Below, in pieces: positions 9,673 through 20,258 of a stretch of 64,000 nt of DNA. Below the pieces are notes generated by a model, which did not search any database, had not been told where the DNA came from, and worked only from the letters and a program-made list of their open reading frames with translations. Position numbers and translations under genes: made by a program. The stretch's first letter is position 1, and each line of letters opens with the position of its first letter. Source of the DNA: a virus; the UHGV virus genome UHGV-1366919, one strand, 5' to 3'.

Positions 9673-9934
9673 TCAAATATTGAAGTATCAATTTAGATTT
9701 TACTAAACTTGGATCAATTTCTAAAAGATATTTGCAAATCTCTATATCAGAGTCAAGTCCGGTAATTTCCTTTGCTATATGATTAAATCGCTTGTCAGTT
9801 AAAACTAAAATAAAAACATTTTGAAAATTAATTTTCTTTCCGCTCATTAAAGTCAATAATGTAGCCAACTGATAAAGAGAATTAATTATTTCACTATCCT
9901 CTAAAGATAAAAGATCTGCATCATCTAAGCTCAT
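9656..9934 (-). CDS. Hypothetical protein
   Basis: 92-aa ORF between the gp41 and gp59-like genes. Confidence 0.35.
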   Translation of the reverse strand: MSLDDADLLSLEDSEIINSLYQLATLLTLMSGKKINFQNVFILVLTDKRFNHIAKEITGLDSDIEICKYLLEIDPSLVKSKLILQYLNGRIN

Positions 9935-9939
9935 TTGTT

Positions 9940-11277
9940 TTAGTTATTATCTGAAACTAAAAATGCCGATAAAGAATCTTCTACAGTTTCTTCTAAAGTA
10001 GATTTATATGTTCCTTCTTGCTCCAAATCTTCAATTTTTAAAGTATCGTATGCTATTTTCATTACTATACTAAAATCTACAGGACCATATCTATTCTTGG
10101 CAAAACCTAATCTGATAAAATTCATTACCGAATCTTCTTCATTCTTAAAAATTTCCCAAATAACATCTGCAGTCGCAGAAACACCTGTTGATTCAGAAAT
10201 AGAGTTCAATCCACTCATTTTTTTACCATCTGCGCTGCGATTTTGCTGGGTCAATGACACTACTGGCGCCGATAACCAATAACTTAACGCTCTTGTATGT
10301 TCAGCAATTCCTTTAAGTTTTTCATATAGATTATTGCCAGGTCCATCAAAAAGATTAATATAATCGATACAAAGTGCATCAATTTTTATTCCTTTTTCTA
10401 CTATATGCTTTTTAATCCATCCCTTTAATTCAGGAACAGTAATAGTTGACGGTGGAAATTCTTTAATAATAATCTTTCCTGGCTTATTCTTCATCTTTTC
10501 CTTCACTTCATCTGTTCTCAAATGCAGCTCAGCAAATGGAATTGCTGTTTGTTGAGAACAAAAGCGAGAAGCGTAAGCTAATTCTGACATTTCAAGAGTA
10601 ATGAGGAGAACTGTCTTTCCCTGATTGGCAATATTACATGCAATATTTCCTAAAAATAATGATTTACCCTTATTCGGAGGAGCCATAAACAAATATAAAG
10701 CTTTTCCATCTTCATAAAAGCCTCCATCAATATACTTGTCCAAAGATTTAAATCCGGTAGAAATAGTTCTCTTCTTTTCCTTTAATGCAGTAAGGATATT
10801 ACCAATATCTTCATATAAATCTAACCCTTTTTCATTATCAAGGGTAATATTGCAAACCTGTTCAAACTTTTCAAGAACTTTAGAAGAATTAATTTCTCCT
10901 TTTTCCAATTCTCCGGCAACAGAGATCATAGTTTGAATAATTCCGCGTTCCTTAATGAATCTTTCTGCAGATTTCAGGAATAAATCTTTATCCATTCCTT
11001 CATAGTCAATATGTTCAATCTCATTAAAGACAGAATCTATTGCATGTTTATATTCTTTCTTGTTCAAGAAGAGAATAAGCTCATCTTTCGTCGGTAATTT
11101 TTCTCTTTTTTCAAAGAAAAACTTATAAAAATTAACAACTAAAGCATAATTCTCATTTTTAAAAAATAATTTTGGATTTGTTAAGAACCTTCCCAAAGTT
11201 GATAAGACCATTACATCAGAAACAATACCCTTAACAAGAAAAGGTTCAAAATCGTCTAAATCAAACTTTTCAAACAT
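9940..11277 (-). CDS. gp41: Replicative DNA helicase (DnaB family, T4 gp41-like)
   Basis: GFKSLDKYIDGGF...LYLFMAPPNKGKSLFLGNIA Walker A region of DnaB-type helicases. 445 aa. Confidence 0.8.
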   Translation of the reverse strand: MFEKFDLDDFEPFLVKGIVSDVMVLSTLGRFLTNPKLFFKNENYALVVNFYKFFFEKREKLPTKDELILFLNKKEYKHAIDSVFNEIEHIDYEGMDKDLFLKSAERFIKERGIIQTMISVAGELEKGEINSSKVLEKFEQVCNITLDNEKGLDLYEDIGNILTALKEKKRTISTGFKSLDKYIDGGFYEDGKALYLFMAPPNKGKSLFLGNIACNIANQGKTVLLITLEMSELAYASRFCSQQTAIPFAELHLRTDEVKEKMKNKPGKIIIKEFPPSTITVPELKGWIKKHIVEKGIKIDALCIDYINLFDGPGNNLYEKLKGIAEHTRALSYWLSAPVVSLTQQNRSADGKKMSGLNSISESTGVSATADVIWEIFKNEEDSVMNFIRLGFAKNRYGPVDFSIVMKIAYDTLKIEDLEQEGTYKSTLEETVEDSLSAFLVSDNN

Positions 11278-11353
11278 TGTTATTCCATTTTATTTTAGTC
11301 CTGAAAAAAGATAAGTGCACCTATAGGTGCTCAATACTCAATAAATACCATAA

Positions 11354-13882
11354 ATGATTAAGATAGATACTTATCGAGATTTAATGACCCGTCCAATTTT
11401 GGAGGCATTAATTGAAAAAAGAAAAACAAAAAGCGATGAAACTGAGCAGCGTCCAGTAGTTAATACTCGAACTAAGCTGGAAAATCGCGGAAAAGGCGAA
11501 GAAAGCTCTTATGTATTTGATTTACCCGAAAAATCAACCTTTAGAAATACTGCCGGAAGAGGATTGCTTGAATTAGCTGCAGATGAGCAGGATGTTCAAT
11601 ATATGATTGCTCAAATTACTCTTTCTAACTTAGGCCTTATTCCTAAAGTTTATCGCTCCAGGAGAATTAACGTTAATCCATCTAATGTTTCCAAGATTAA
11701 TAAGATTAAAACTCTCCTTACTCAATTATTTTCTCATACCGTTTTAGATGATGATGCTCCTGCCGGGGTCCTTAAGACACTTTTGGCCAATCCTAAAATG
11801 GAAATTGACAATAAAGTTGGCTTTAATACTTTTGATTTGCTTAATCGAGTTAAAAGTTGGGACCAGGTTCTTGACAATTTAAAGAAAAATGTAGCCCGTA
11901 GCATTGCAGGTTTATCGGGAAGAGCAGAAAAAACCCATAAAATCTCTCAAGACTTCCATGATCGTATTGGTAAAGCTGATTGGAGTGATACTGTAGATGC
12001 CCCCAAAACTGTTGCTGATGTAGCTAAAAATATTTTTGGTGAATCTGTTGATGAAATTCCTGAAACATTGACTCAAGAGGAAAAAGAAAAGATGTTTGTT
12101 AATGCTTACTCTATTCTTAAACCTCTTTATGAAGCTGCTTCCAAATCCGGATTAAGTCCTGCCGGCTATCTTAAATTCCAGCAAAACCTCGACCGAGTTG
12201 CCGGGGCACTTAAAACTAATGAAATCAGCAAATATATCAATGAAATTGAGGCAAAGCGTCAACCAAGAACAGTTGAGGACTATAAAGATGTCTTAATTGA
12301 AGCATTAGCACGAGCCGTTAAGGGCGATGATTCCAAAATGCAGGTTAGTAATCTTATTTCCAAGCAAGCTACTACCGCTTTACGCTGGTTAACCCGGCAT
12401 TTAACCAAACTTGGCTATACTGGCGGTTTAAAGATTGCTAATGTTCTCGATTATATTAAAAACGGGGATGATGAATACGCCAATGATGCCCGTTATTATC
12501 TGGAAAACATCTATAATATTACTCCGGATCAATTAACTGTACAAAATTTCCCTTCTTTTAAAAAGTTTGTTAATACTTTATATCAAAACTTTGAAAAGGT
12601 AATGGGTTCTTATAAAGCTCTTAAAGATCGTCCGAAAGCATCTCAACGCCTTAATCTTAAAAATCCTGATAAGCCAATGGTTACTAACCGAAAAGGTGGT
12701 ATTGGCCAATCTATTCCGGCTATTAAAAAATCTATCGAAGCTTCAGAAAAACTTCTGGCTAATTTTGATGAAAAAAATGAGCGGTTACAGAAGGCTATTG
12801 AATTCGATAAAGAATGGAAAGCTGGTAAAGCTAAGATGTATGTAGCCGTTACTGCCGGTACCCTTGGCTTGGGCGGTCGAACTGATACTTCTCCTGTAAT
12901 TGAATTTGGCGAAGTAACTCGGCCAGAACTTAACAAGATGACCGCCGATAACCTTGCTAATGGTTATATTGATCTTGTTACTCCAAAATATAAAGAAGCA
13001 TATAAAAATCTTCTTGAATCTGATCCTGAATTACCTAAAAAGATTAGGAATCACATTATTAAGCAGAAGAATGTTGCTCCTAGCAAAGTTGCTAACCAAC
13101 TTCGATTTGACCTTGGCAAAACTTTGAATAAAGACGGCTCTTCTAACCGTCAATGGTATATTGATCGAATCAATAAGTTTAAAGAACAACTTGCCGCTGT
13201 TTCTGGAGAAAAAGTTGAAAAAGAAACTGTCGAACGTAAGAAGCTTTCCGATTTCTCCGATGAAGGAGTTGAGGGTGATATTGATATGCCTTATACAATC
13301 TTTAAAGTTGATGAAACAGCTCCTCGCCTTATTAGCCCAATTATTGTTGCCCTCAAGAAAACACTTGAAAAATATAATGCAACAGTTGACTGGTCTACTA
13401 ACTTTGAAGATGAAGAAGGATATATTACTATCTATTATCCGGAAAATGGCAAGTTCTTTAATGCTAAAGATCCTAAAAAGCTTGTCGAAGACCTTCGTAA
13501 ATCTATTCAAACCATGGCAGCTCGCCTTGGATATGATTATGTAGATATTACAACTTATTCTTATGAATTTGCTAAAGACCAATATGATTCTTCCGGATTT
13601 GTAATACCTCAAGATGATGAAGATTCCGAAGAAGATATTGAAATAAACAATGATAGTGAATCAGCTGAAATAGAATCTGAATTTGAAAGTGAAGATGAAG
13701 AAGAAACTGATGATCCTCTTGTATCGATGGCGCTTGATGCAATCGAACATAAAAAAGATGATTGCGAATCTGCCTCTAAAAAACCTGTTAAACGAGAAGT
13801 AAAATTCATTCCCAATAAGGACAGATACCCTAGGGAACGAATTCAAAATCAATGGCGAAAGAGCTATTTCTGGAACCAATAA
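11354..13882 (+). CDS. Large hypothetical protein (842 aa) with a strongly acidic Asp/Glu/Ser C-terminal tail
   Basis: Long ORF with moderately elevated GC. C-terminus DDEDSEEDIEINNDSESAEIESEFESEDEEETDD. No recognisable catalytic motif. Confidence 0.55.
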   Translation: MIKIDTYRDLMTRPILEALIEKRKTKSDETEQRPVVNTRTKLENRGKGEESSYVFDLPEKSTFRNTAGRGLLELAADEQDVQYMIAQITLSNLGLIPKVYRSRRINVNPSNVSKINKIKTLLTQLFSHTVLDDDAPAGVLKTLLANPKMEIDNKVGFNTFDLLNRVKSWDQVLDNLKKNVARSIAGLSGRAEKTHKISQDFHDRIGKADWSDTVDAPKTVADVAKNIFGESVDEIPETLTQEEKEKMFVNAYSILKPLYEAASKSGLSPAGYLKFQQNLDRVAGALKTNEISKYINEIEAKRQPRTVEDYKDVLIEALARAVKGDDSKMQVSNLISKQATTALRWLTRHLTKLGYTGGLKIANVLDYIKNGDDEYANDARYYLENIYNITPDQLTVQNFPSFKKFVNTLYQNFEKVMGSYKALKDRPKASQRLNLKNPDKPMVTNRKGGIGQSIPAIKKSIEASEKLLANFDEKNERLQKAIEFDKEWKAGKAKMYVAVTAGTLGLGGRTDTSPVIEFGEVTRPELNKMTADNLANGYIDLVTPKYKEAYKNLLESDPELPKKIRNHIIKQKNVAPSKVANQLRFDLGKTLNKDGSSNRQWYIDRINKFKEQLAAVSGEKVEKETVERKKLSDFSDEGVEGDIDMPYTIFKVDETAPRLISPIIVALKKTLEKYNATVDWSTNFEDEEGYITIYYPENGKFFNAKDPKKLVEDLRKSIQTMAARLGYDYVDITTYSYEFAKDQYDSSGFVIPQDDEDSEEDIEINNDSESAEIESEFESEDEEETDDPLVSMALDAIEHKKDDCESASKKPVKREVKFIPNKDRYPRERIQNQWRKSYFWNQ

Positions 13883-13899
13883 TTAATAAAGCTAAATTG

Positions 13900-13933
13900 A
13901 AAAACCCGAAGGATTAAATCCTTCGGGTTTTTC
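13900..13933. terminator. Bidirectional hairpin terminator. It is near-identical to the element at 32947..32981.
   Basis: AAAAACCCGAAGGATTAAATCCTTCGGGTTTTTC sits between convergent genes. Confidence 0.65.
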
Positions 13934-13960
13934 TTTTGTCAATATTTCATAAAAATATTC

Positions 13961-14743
13961 TTAACCTAAATATGGCCGGCAATAATCATAATTATTAGAG
14001 TCTGCTTGGTTAGGCATCTCAGGATCACCTGCACAACCAGGACATTGAAGGACTCCAGAACATCCAGAACACATTATTACTTCTGAGTTCTCATTTCCTC
14101 CCTCACAGTCACAATCTTGACATTCACTTTCTTCAGCACAAGTAGTAGAAATATCTTCTTCACAGTCACAATATTCACTGGCTAAGAAGAAAAGCTTAGA
14201 ATCATTATACTTCAGCCATTCGTTATATTCATTCATACTGAATAAGTCTTGGTCTACATTCTTAAAATATTCAGTAAACTTCTTATCAGTAATATCTTTG
14301 CCATAAGAAAGGCATGGAAATCTAAGGCTGAAATAGACATCCTGAAACTTAACACCATAATCATTTGCCTGCTTCTTAATTAAATCAATAATATCAGAAG
14401 AAATTCCTTCATACCAGGAATCAACAGCTACAGTGACTGTAAGCTTATTATAATTATACCGATGTCCTTTTCCGTTAGGTTCCAAAACAGTTTGTGTTCC
14501 TGTATTGAAATCCACATAAACTACATGAGGTTTCTTAATACTACAAAGTCGCTTCGATTCATATTCACGACGATTTTCTGTATAATCAAGCTTAAAACCC
14601 CGCTTTTTAAGTGCCTCATCTTCTACAAGAAATGTAATGCTGGATGGATGCTTTTCATAAATTTCTCCACCCAAAAATTCACACATTTCAATGGCCTTGT
14701 TCAGGTCATCACTACAATCAAGTTTTTTCGTTACAAAAATCAT
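13961..14743 (-). CDS. Hypothetical protein with a Cys-rich acidic C-terminal metal-binding-like tail
   Basis: C-terminus CDCEEDISTTCAEESECQDCDCEGG...MCSGCSGVLQCPGCAGD. Confidence 0.45.
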   Translation of the reverse strand: MIFVTKKLDCSDDLNKAIEMCEFLGGEIYEKHPSSITFLVEDEALKKRGFKLDYTENRREYESKRLCSIKKPHVVYVDFNTGTQTVLEPNGKGHRYNYNKLTVTVAVDSWYEGISSDIIDLIKKQANDYGVKFQDVYFSLRFPCLSYGKDITDKKFTEYFKNVDQDLFSMNEYNEWLKYNDSKLFFLASEYCDCEEDISTTCAEESECQDCDCEGGNENSEVIMCSGCSGVLQCPGCAGDPEMPNQADSNNYDYCRPYLG

Positions 14744-14748
14744 ATAAA

Positions 14749-15861
14749 TTATTCTTCAATTAATTCTTCTTCAGTTTCTTCCTCTGGAATATCATGGGCT
14801 GAATAACCCCATGCTTCAGGTAAGCGTCGTTCAATTTCAGGATAAATTTTTTCATCCCAAAGCTCTTTCTTCTTTCGGAAAGCTTTAGCATAACCAAGAG
14901 ATGTTCCGTCATAAAGATCATAAACACTTCCCCGACGTTCGATAACACCAAGGTTGATTGCTAATTCAAGTGTTCCATATTCTTCATCCAAACCAGTCTT
15001 CCAGCTAAGGTACATAGAACCCTCAATCATTGGACGAATGAAACGATTCTTAACACACATACAACGCATTTCAATACCAGCAATTCCCTTACCAACTTCA
15101 TCCTTTTCACCAGAATCTTTTTCTTTAAGATTCTTTTTAGCAAGCTGGACAACTACAGAAGGAAGATAACGGCAAGCTTTGCCGCCATTCATGCACTTAA
15201 CCAAATCTGGGTACATTTCATTTGGATTATCATAAATATGGTTAGTAACCACAAATGTAGTTTTGGTTAAGCCCCCGTATGTTGTACAAGTTTTCAATAA
15301 AGATTTAATTGCCTTTGCAATTGTACCCATATCTGCGGAAGTAGAATCTTTATCCATTCTCTTTGTTTCCATTTCAGAAAGCATATTTGCAAGAGAATCA
15401 ATAACTACAAGAAACTTTCCTTCCATGTGTGTTTCTTCAATCTTTTGAAGAAGAGCAAAAATTGCATTTCGAACTTGCTCAATGGATTTAGCTGGGAAAT
15501 ACTTAATCTTCTTTGGATCGGCTCCAAGAGATTCAACCATTCTAGCATCAATAGCATTTTCAGTATCGAATACTACAGTATACATTCCCATTTTCTGAGC
15601 ATTTCCCACAATTTTTTGAGCGATAAAGCTCTTACCAGATGCGCTTTCCCCGGCTAAAAGGGTTACGCGCCCTTTTGGAATTCCTCCATATAATGATCCA
15701 GAAATTACTGCGTTAAGCATCTTGCTTCCTGTATCAATCCACTCATCTACATTAGAAAGAGTGGATTGATCTAAGAAAGAAGAATAAGGACTATAATCAT
15801 CCAATACATCAAAAACTTTTGATGCAAGTTTATTAATATCAACTTTTTCTTCTTCTGCCAT
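14749..15861 (-). CDS. uvsX: RecA-like recombinase (T4 UvsX family)
   Basis: Walker A GESASGKS. VVIDSLANMLSEMETKR...VVTNHIYDN matches the UvsX segment VVFIDSLGNLASKKE...IAINHTYE. Confidence 0.8.
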   Translation of the reverse strand: MAEEEKVDINKLASKVFDVLDDYSPYSSFLDQSTLSNVDEWIDTGSKMLNAVISGSLYGGIPKGRVTLLAGESASGKSFIAQKIVGNAQKMGMYTVVFDTENAIDARMVESLGADPKKIKYFPAKSIEQVRNAIFALLQKIEETHMEGKFLVVIDSLANMLSEMETKRMDKDSTSADMGTIAKAIKSLLKTCTTYGGLTKTTFVVTNHIYDNPNEMYPDLVKCMNGGKACRYLPSVVVQLAKKNLKEKDSGEKDEVGKGIAGIEMRCMCVKNRFIRPMIEGSMYLSWKTGLDEEYGTLELAINLGVIERRGSVYDLYDGTSLGYAKAFRKKKELWDEKIYPEIERRLPEAWGYSAHDIPEEETEEELIEE

Positions 15862-15863
15862 AA

Positions 15864-16190
15864 TTAAAGACTTTGAGTAATTTCCTTATACTGCTTAACA
15901 AGCGGAGATTCTTGATTTTCAGTAATCATATGAGGAAACTTACTAAGTTTATCGATACTCAATTCAAAGTCATTCCCAAGATATTCTTTAAAGAGGTAAG
16001 GTACAAGATCTACCTTAAACTTAGTCTTAGCAGCCCGAGGGTCATTAGGATTACAAGGAGCCCCATCTTCTGTAACCGTATATTGCATATTAACAATCAT
16101 ATACGGATTTTCAATTATCTTTTCAGAAGAATTAAGAACCCCAACAGATGTTACTCCTCCATCTACCCAAATATAATATTGATTTTCCAT
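15864..16190 (-). CDS. Hypothetical protein
   Basis: 108-aa ORF between uvsX and the next gene. Confidence 0.4.
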   Translation of the reverse strand: MENQYYIWVDGGVTSVGVLNSSEKIIENPYMIVNMQYTVTEDGAPCNPNDPRAAKTKFKVDLVPYLFKEYLGNDFELSIDKLSKFPHMITENQESPLVKQYKEITQSL

Positions 16191-16202
16191 TTTTTATTAA
16201 AT

Positions 16203-17012
16203 TTAATTTTGTTCTGATTTTTTATTGGTGCCAGTTTTTGTTGATTTTCGAGCAGTGGCAGCTTTTCTAGTATTAGCCGAAGATGTACTTTTCTTTTTAG
16301 CAGAAGTTGTTTTTGCTTTAGCTTTGGCCTTTTCAGCCTCAGCTTGTTTCTTTGCTGTTTCAGCTAATTGTTTTTTAATTTCTGCTTCGATTGCTTCAAG
16401 ATCTTCTTCCTCTTCTATTTCATCTTCAGGCGCAGCTTCATTTTTTAAATTATCCATTGGATCTGGATCATTATATTCCGGAATGCCAAATGCAGACTTA
16501 GGAATTGGCTTGGGCTTTGCCATATGATGAATTCGAAGCGGCTTAGGTTCTTCTTCCTTGGGTTGCTCCTCTTCATTATCTTTTCCATAAGGAATTCTAC
16601 GATATAAGAATGTATCAATAATAGAACCTCTCTTTAATTCTAAATCTTGTTCAATACCGAGCCAAAATTTACAAAAGGTAGCTTCAATATTAATTCTAGA
16701 AGGAGCAATATTACAATAAGATTTCATAACAGCAAATGCCTTAGCTACATATTTCATTGCAATATTCAAGAATTTACAATAATCCGGAAGAGGGGGAAGA
16801 GCTTTAAATTCATCAATTCTGGCATATAATGCTAATTTTAATCTGTTCTCAAAATCATCAAGAACAAATTTAACTCCCGCCTGATAACCTTTTTGATAAG
16901 ACTCATCAATCTTTTGCTGAAGATGATAATAAAATGGAGTTCCCGGAATAGGATTTCCATTTGAGTCAAAGAAATTTTCTCCGGTTAATGACGATTTATG
17001 AAGTAAACTCAT
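16203..17012 (-). CDS. Hypothetical protein with a Lys/Ala-rich histone-H1-like basic C-terminal tail
   Basis: C-terminus AEAEKAKAKAKTTSAKKKSTSSANTRKAATARKSTKTGTNKK preceded by an acidic linker. Confidence 0.45.
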   Translation of the reverse strand: MSLLHKSSLTGENFFDSNGNPIPGTPFYYHLQQKIDESYQKGYQAGVKFVLDDFENRLKLALYARIDEFKALPPLPDYCKFLNIAMKYVAKAFAVMKSYCNIAPSRINIEATFCKFWLGIEQDLELKRGSIIDTFLYRRIPYGKDNEEEQPKEEEPKPLRIHHMAKPKPIPKSAFGIPEYNDPDPMDNLKNEAAPEDEIEEEEDLEAIEAEIKKQLAETAKKQAEAEKAKAKAKTTSAKKKSTSSANTRKAATARKSTKTGTNKKSEQN

Positions 17013-17093
17013 ATGATTTATTATACTCTAAACATTAACTTTTTCAATTATTTCTTTTATTAAAGTTTTCTTTTGTAAATCGTTTTGACATTA

Positions 17094-19691
17094 CTATTCT
17101 TCTCCGAATAAATCAAATAATTCAAATTCATATTCATCTGTTACATTAGGAGGAGTCCAGTTTGCCACTTTATAAAGGCTGGCAATGCAAGCATAAAATG
17201 GCTTTTCAAATATTCTTCGATAGTCAATCTCAAATAATTCAAGAAATTCAGGAGGCATATACCCGTCTCGAATAGCAATCGAGTCAATCCTATACTTATT
17301 ATTGGGCTTTAATGCAATAACCTGTATTGTATCTCCTTCTCTAATAGGCTGAACTCCATGGATTTTTTCCTTTTCTATAATAAGATTATAATAATATGCA
17401 GCTCTAATATGAGCTTGCATGCCTTTCATAGTCTGAAAACCAGAAGAACCGTCAGAATATTTGTTAAATGTTTTAACTCGGGCAATCTTGCAAATAGTTG
17501 TCAATGGAAGTTTTTTAAATTCTTCATATGCCTCTCTTAGCCTTTTATCGGTTTCATACTTATTCTGATGAAGAATCATAGGCTCAATAACTTTTTTACC
17601 AATTTCTTTAATCGGCTTACTCATAATACTTTTAGCCAGTTCAACACCAGTATATTTCCAAGAGATTTTGAGATTACCCTCGAGGTCTACTTCACCTTCA
17701 TTATCAACACAATGTAAAACGTAATTCTTCTTTTTGCGGTACAAACCATAGTCGCAAATCTTTTCACGTTTAAAATGAAGGATTGTTCTCTTAGTATTAA
17801 ACGTTTCAGTTACAAACTTATTGAGTTCTCTATCAATGTAATCATTAAGTTCATCAATAAGTTTATATCCTTCTGGAGTAACTTTAGAATCTTTACAAAT
17901 TATAATCCCGGCAACTCCATGAAGAGAAACGCCAACTGAGTCAGTATCATTAAAGATAATATGCTCCTCGGCAACTTCTTCAGTCATCCCGGGAGTTTTC
18001 ATCATAATAAAATCTTTGACAATTCTATTAACCTGTTTAATAGTGCATTGTCCAGTTAAAGTAATTGAATTTCCTATTGAATCATGGCCCAAAGGACTCG
18101 TCTTAGAAGTCAAAGCTCCATAACAGCTGTTAATACAAAGTTTCTTTGTATATTGCGCAATTTGAAGCTGCTTAATTTTTAATTCAATCTTTTCTTTCTC
18201 CTCTTTAGGAAGATCTTTCTTTAATTCTTCTTCAAGCCTAACAATTTCCTTTCTGTCTTTCTTTCGAGAATCAAAGACACTTTCCATAAATTCTGGATAA
18301 ATGCCCTGTTTCTTTTGTGAGAATAATACATTTGCAGGAGTCCTAATTAGCTCAGTATTCTTTACAAATTCATTAAACTTTTGTTCTGTTAAAGTATATT
18401 GTTTTCCAGAAGTTAATGTCAAATGAATATTTCCATCTCCCAATTCCACAAATTCACCAACCATTGTTTCAATGGAAATATTATTCGTAATGGCGCAAGA
18501 AGGGTATAGCGATGCAGCATCATACGTTATTAGATCTTTTACAAGACCTGGTTTTACGCTTACATATCCGCCTTCATTCTTACCTTCAAGGACTTCTCGT
18601 TTTGGAGTAAAAAGGATTTGTCCCCGAGATCTTGCTTTTAGAGCAATTGCTCCGGAAACATATGCAACTACGCCTAATCCATCTTCAAAATTCGTTAATC
18701 CAAGAGTAGCGAGATACCTTAAAAGAGCGAAATAATTAGTCTTCTTATCAATCTTTACAAGAAGTTCAACATCTCGAATATTATAAAGAACGAAATCATT
18801 CCAATTATTTTTTTGGAAATCTCCAATGGGTCCTTCATACTCAAGTTTTTGTTCTCCTACTTCTATTGAACCAATGTGGTCCAGCTTATAAGAATCTTGA
18901 AGTTTTACCTTTAGTTTCTTATAAACATCAATATAGTCAATAATAAGCATTCCAGGAGTAATATATTTTGTATATTCTCTTGGAGGATTATCCTTTGTTT
19001 TACCAATGCCCATATTGAATATTCCCAAAGGACTTAATCTTTTTAATTCATCCTGTCCTAAAACTTTAGTAATCCGATTGACCAAATAAGGCATATCGAA
19101 AAAATTTGAGTTCCAGGCAGAAAGAATATCAGGATGGTCTTTTTCAATATATCTTAAAAATGATTCAAGGAGTTCATATTCATCTTCGCAATGAATATAA
19201 AATACCTTCAGGTCATTAGGTAATTCTCCGGTAAATTCTTTTGTACCGAATGTAGTATATTCATTAGTCAAAGAATCATGAATAGTAATAAGACTAATCG
19301 GAGCTCTTGCCTCTTCCGGTGCTGGGAATTCATTATAAGGAAGTGGCTCAGTTTCAATATCGAAAAAACAAATCTTCAAAGGATTCTTAGAAAAATCTTC
19401 AGAATCCTGCATTCCTCCATATTCATCCATTAAGAATTGCTGAGCCGGTTTAAAATTCTCAAATAACCTTGTTATTTTTGAATCCTTAATGAATTCACTT
19501 CTTTCCCATGAATTCTTAAAAATCTTTTTGGACAAAGGAGTACCAAAAATAGAAGTATACTTCCCATTTGAATCCTCAATATACAAATATGGAGAATAAG
19601 GACGGTCAACCATAATTCGGTCGCCGTCCTTATTCCAAGTAAACAATTTGATATTTTTATCTCGTCCGTCCCAATAAGCGAATCGGTACAT
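17094..19691 (-). CDS. gp43: Family B DNA polymerase (T4 gp43-like)
   Basis: Exo I motif FFDIETEP. Polymerase motif A DAASLYPS, motif B KLCINSCYGAL, motif C IFNDTDSV. 865 aa. Confidence 0.85.
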   Translation of the reverse strand: MYRFAYWDGRDKNIKLFTWNKDGDRIMVDRPYSPYLYIEDSNGKYTSIFGTPLSKKIFKNSWERSEFIKDSKITRLFENFKPAQQFLMDEYGGMQDSEDFSKNPLKICFFDIETEPLPYNEFPAPEEARAPISLITIHDSLTNEYTTFGTKEFTGELPNDLKVFYIHCEDEYELLESFLRYIEKDHPDILSAWNSNFFDMPYLVNRITKVLGQDELKRLSPLGIFNMGIGKTKDNPPREYTKYITPGMLIIDYIDVYKKLKVKLQDSYKLDHIGSIEVGEQKLEYEGPIGDFQKNNWNDFVLYNIRDVELLVKIDKKTNYFALLRYLATLGLTNFEDGLGVVAYVSGAIALKARSRGQILFTPKREVLEGKNEGGYVSVKPGLVKDLITYDAASLYPSCAITNNISIETMVGEFVELGDGNIHLTLTSGKQYTLTEQKFNEFVKNTELIRTPANVLFSQKKQGIYPEFMESVFDSRKKDRKEIVRLEEELKKDLPKEEKEKIELKIKQLQIAQYTKKLCINSCYGALTSKTSPLGHDSIGNSITLTGQCTIKQVNRIVKDFIMMKTPGMTEEVAEEHIIFNDTDSVGVSLHGVAGIIICKDSKVTPEGYKLIDELNDYIDRELNKFVTETFNTKRTILHFKREKICDYGLYRKKKNYVLHCVDNEGEVDLEGNLKISWKYTGVELAKSIMSKPIKEIGKKVIEPMILHQNKYETDKRLREAYEEFKKLPLTTICKIARVKTFNKYSDGSSGFQTMKGMQAHIRAAYYYNLIIEKEKIHGVQPIREGDTIQVIALKPNNKYRIDSIAIRDGYMPPEFLELFEIDYRRIFEKPFYACIASLYKVANWTPPNVTDEYEFELFDLFGEE

Positions 19692-19695
19692 ATTT

Positions 19696-20247
19696 TTATT
19701 TTATGTCTAGTCTGGCTTTAATAATTGACAAGGCTAAATCATATCCTCCTTGATCTCCGGAAATCCTATGAGGCTTAATATTAAGATCTCCTAAAAACTT
19801 TTCAAGGTCTTTAGCTATTTTATCTGATTCTTCTTCGGTTTGATGCCTTCCAATTGGATTATAAGGCTTAACCCTGTTGATAAAAAAGTTTAAATTATCA
19901 TATTGATGATGAGTCTTAACAATCAGCTGAGTTCTTTCGTAAGCACAATTATCATTGCTATAATAAGCGCTTAGCAATAACGGACTATCGGTAATAATTG
20001 CATCAACTTTTCCGTTAACTCTGGATAATTTGAAAGATTGTTTGCCAAAAATATAATTTTGATCTTCAAAAACTGATTTATTCTCTTCCCATACTTTATC
20101 CTTGGCAAATTCGCTGACATATTCACAATTAACACCTAAGCATTTTAAGTTATAAAACAAATATGCCGCACCCGTTGACTTACCTGCACCAGGTTGTGCA
20201 AACAAATTAACCACTAAAGTTCTTTTCACGTTTTCTTTATTTTGCAT
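19696..20247 (-). CDS. P-loop NTPase, putative nucleotide kinase
   Basis: Walker A LFAQPGAGKSTGAAYL. 183 aa. Confidence 0.4.
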   Translation of the reverse strand: MQNKENVKRTLVVNLFAQPGAGKSTGAAYLFYNLKCLGVNCEYVSEFAKDKVWEENKSVFEDQNYIFGKQSFKLSRVNGKVDAIITDSPLLLSAYYSNDNCAYERTQLIVKTHHQYDNLNFFINRVKPYNPIGRHQTEEESDKIAKDLEKFLGDLNIKPHRISGDQGGYDLALSIIKARLDIK

Positions 20248-20258
20248 TTTTCTTAAAG

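Noticed and set aside
13031-13879. Minus- and plus-strand ORFs inside 11354..13882 (193, 127, 68 and 72 aa)
   Set aside because: They are nested within or antisense to the 842-aa gene. The translations are Ser/Phe/Ile-rich and low-complexity, typical of shadow ORFs.
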